From: Eledone cirrhosa
Taxonomy: Eukaryota
Direction of reading: 5' to 3'
NCBI GenBank assembly: GCA_964016885.1
Contig: OZ024766.1
Span: forward strand, 12,834,001 to 12,898,000
Length of the DNA: 64,000 nt
A program made the translations under genes and the position numbers. A model generated the notes under the pieces. The model saw only the letters and a list, made by a program, of their open reading frames with translations. It was not told where the DNA came from and made no database searches. How positions within the stretch are numbered: the stretch's first letter is position 1; every line of letters starts with the position of its first letter. Below are positions 63,264 to 64,000 of the stretch, piece by piece.

Positions 63264-63817
63264 ACCCCATCACTGTGAAATATGAAAAACACAAATATTC
63301 AGACACAATTTGGAAGGCAGAATATAAAATGTGAAGCTTGAGAAATCTTATACATCTCAACATATATTTGTGTGTGTGTGTATATATATATATATATTTT
63401 ATTATTTTTATTTTTTAATACATTACTCAAAGGGCAGAAATATACTGACATATATCAAAGATTACCACAATAACTAGGGAGCGGAGGACAAGATAAGCTG
63501 GACATTGCTACTGAGGGTAGGATGAGCTGGCTATTGTGGTGGATACCTAAACATTGTAAGACCCTAGTGCGATGACTGAGATTGACCTACATAGATCAGA
63601 TGTCTCAGGATGTCCAGCTGGAGATTAATGATGTCAGGAATACCATGGGAGATTGTGACATCTAAAAAAGAAGAGTAGAATTGTTATGGCCAATCCAGCT
63701 GACCTAATAAATCTAAACTATAATAAAGTAAGGAGCACGGGACTGTGTACGGTTTATAATGTTTTATCCCACTAGTAAAATAAGTTGCATTACTTTGAAT
63801 AAATAATTGTTTCTACA

Positions 63818-63925
63818 TTACTGGTACTTTATTTTATCGGCCCCGTAAGGATGAAAGGCAAAGTTAACCTCGGTGGGATTTGAACTCAGAATAGCAAGGG
63901 CCATACCTCAATGCATCAAAGCATG
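63818..63925 (-). mobile_element. SINE fragment (family of 47258/51073)
   Basis: Reverse complement TTCTGAGTTCAAATCCCACCGAGGTTAACTTTGCCTTTCATCCTTACGGGG. Confidence 0.85.
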
Positions 63926-64000
63926 AATGAATAATAAATGAATATTACATAATTTATCTACTAAATTTCGTGGCTGTTGATTAAATATATTTTGTTTAAA

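Overview
Eukaryotic, AT-rich, repeat-dense genomic DNA, most consistent with a coleoid cephalopod (octopus-like). This is inferred from tandem effector-less C2H2 zinc-finger genes, RTE LINEs with tRNA-derived SINEs, and abundant (TA)n/(CAT)n. Bases 1-24748 are a 39-bp satellite (~635 monomers); its giant ORFs are artefacts of one stop-free frame. The rest is a C2H2-ZNF cluster (2 open genes, 3 disrupted copies). Four of the five copies lie in a duplicated cassette whose two copies differ mainly by expansion of 84-, 90-, 72- and 100-bp minisatellites. Also present: RTE LINEs, Gypsy LTR elements, a Penelope GIY-YIG remnant, SINEs and MITEs. Most interesting signals: (1) a non-coding 591-bp unit in tandem plus inverted, circularly permuted copies inside (TA)n, each with a type I hammerhead ribozyme carrying the compensatory U3-A8 core (retrozyme/Penelope-like circular-RNA element), plus further unrelated hammerheads nearby; (2) a Gypsy element whose PBS position is a 12/12 complement of the 5' end (nt 1-12) of tRNA-Phe rather than a tRNA 3' end; (3) a C4HC3 PHD finger inserted inside an RTE reverse transcriptase; (4) a zinc finger amplified 13x as an 84-bp minisatellite whose two variants differ at recognition-helix codons. 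All calls were made by eye; no searches were run.
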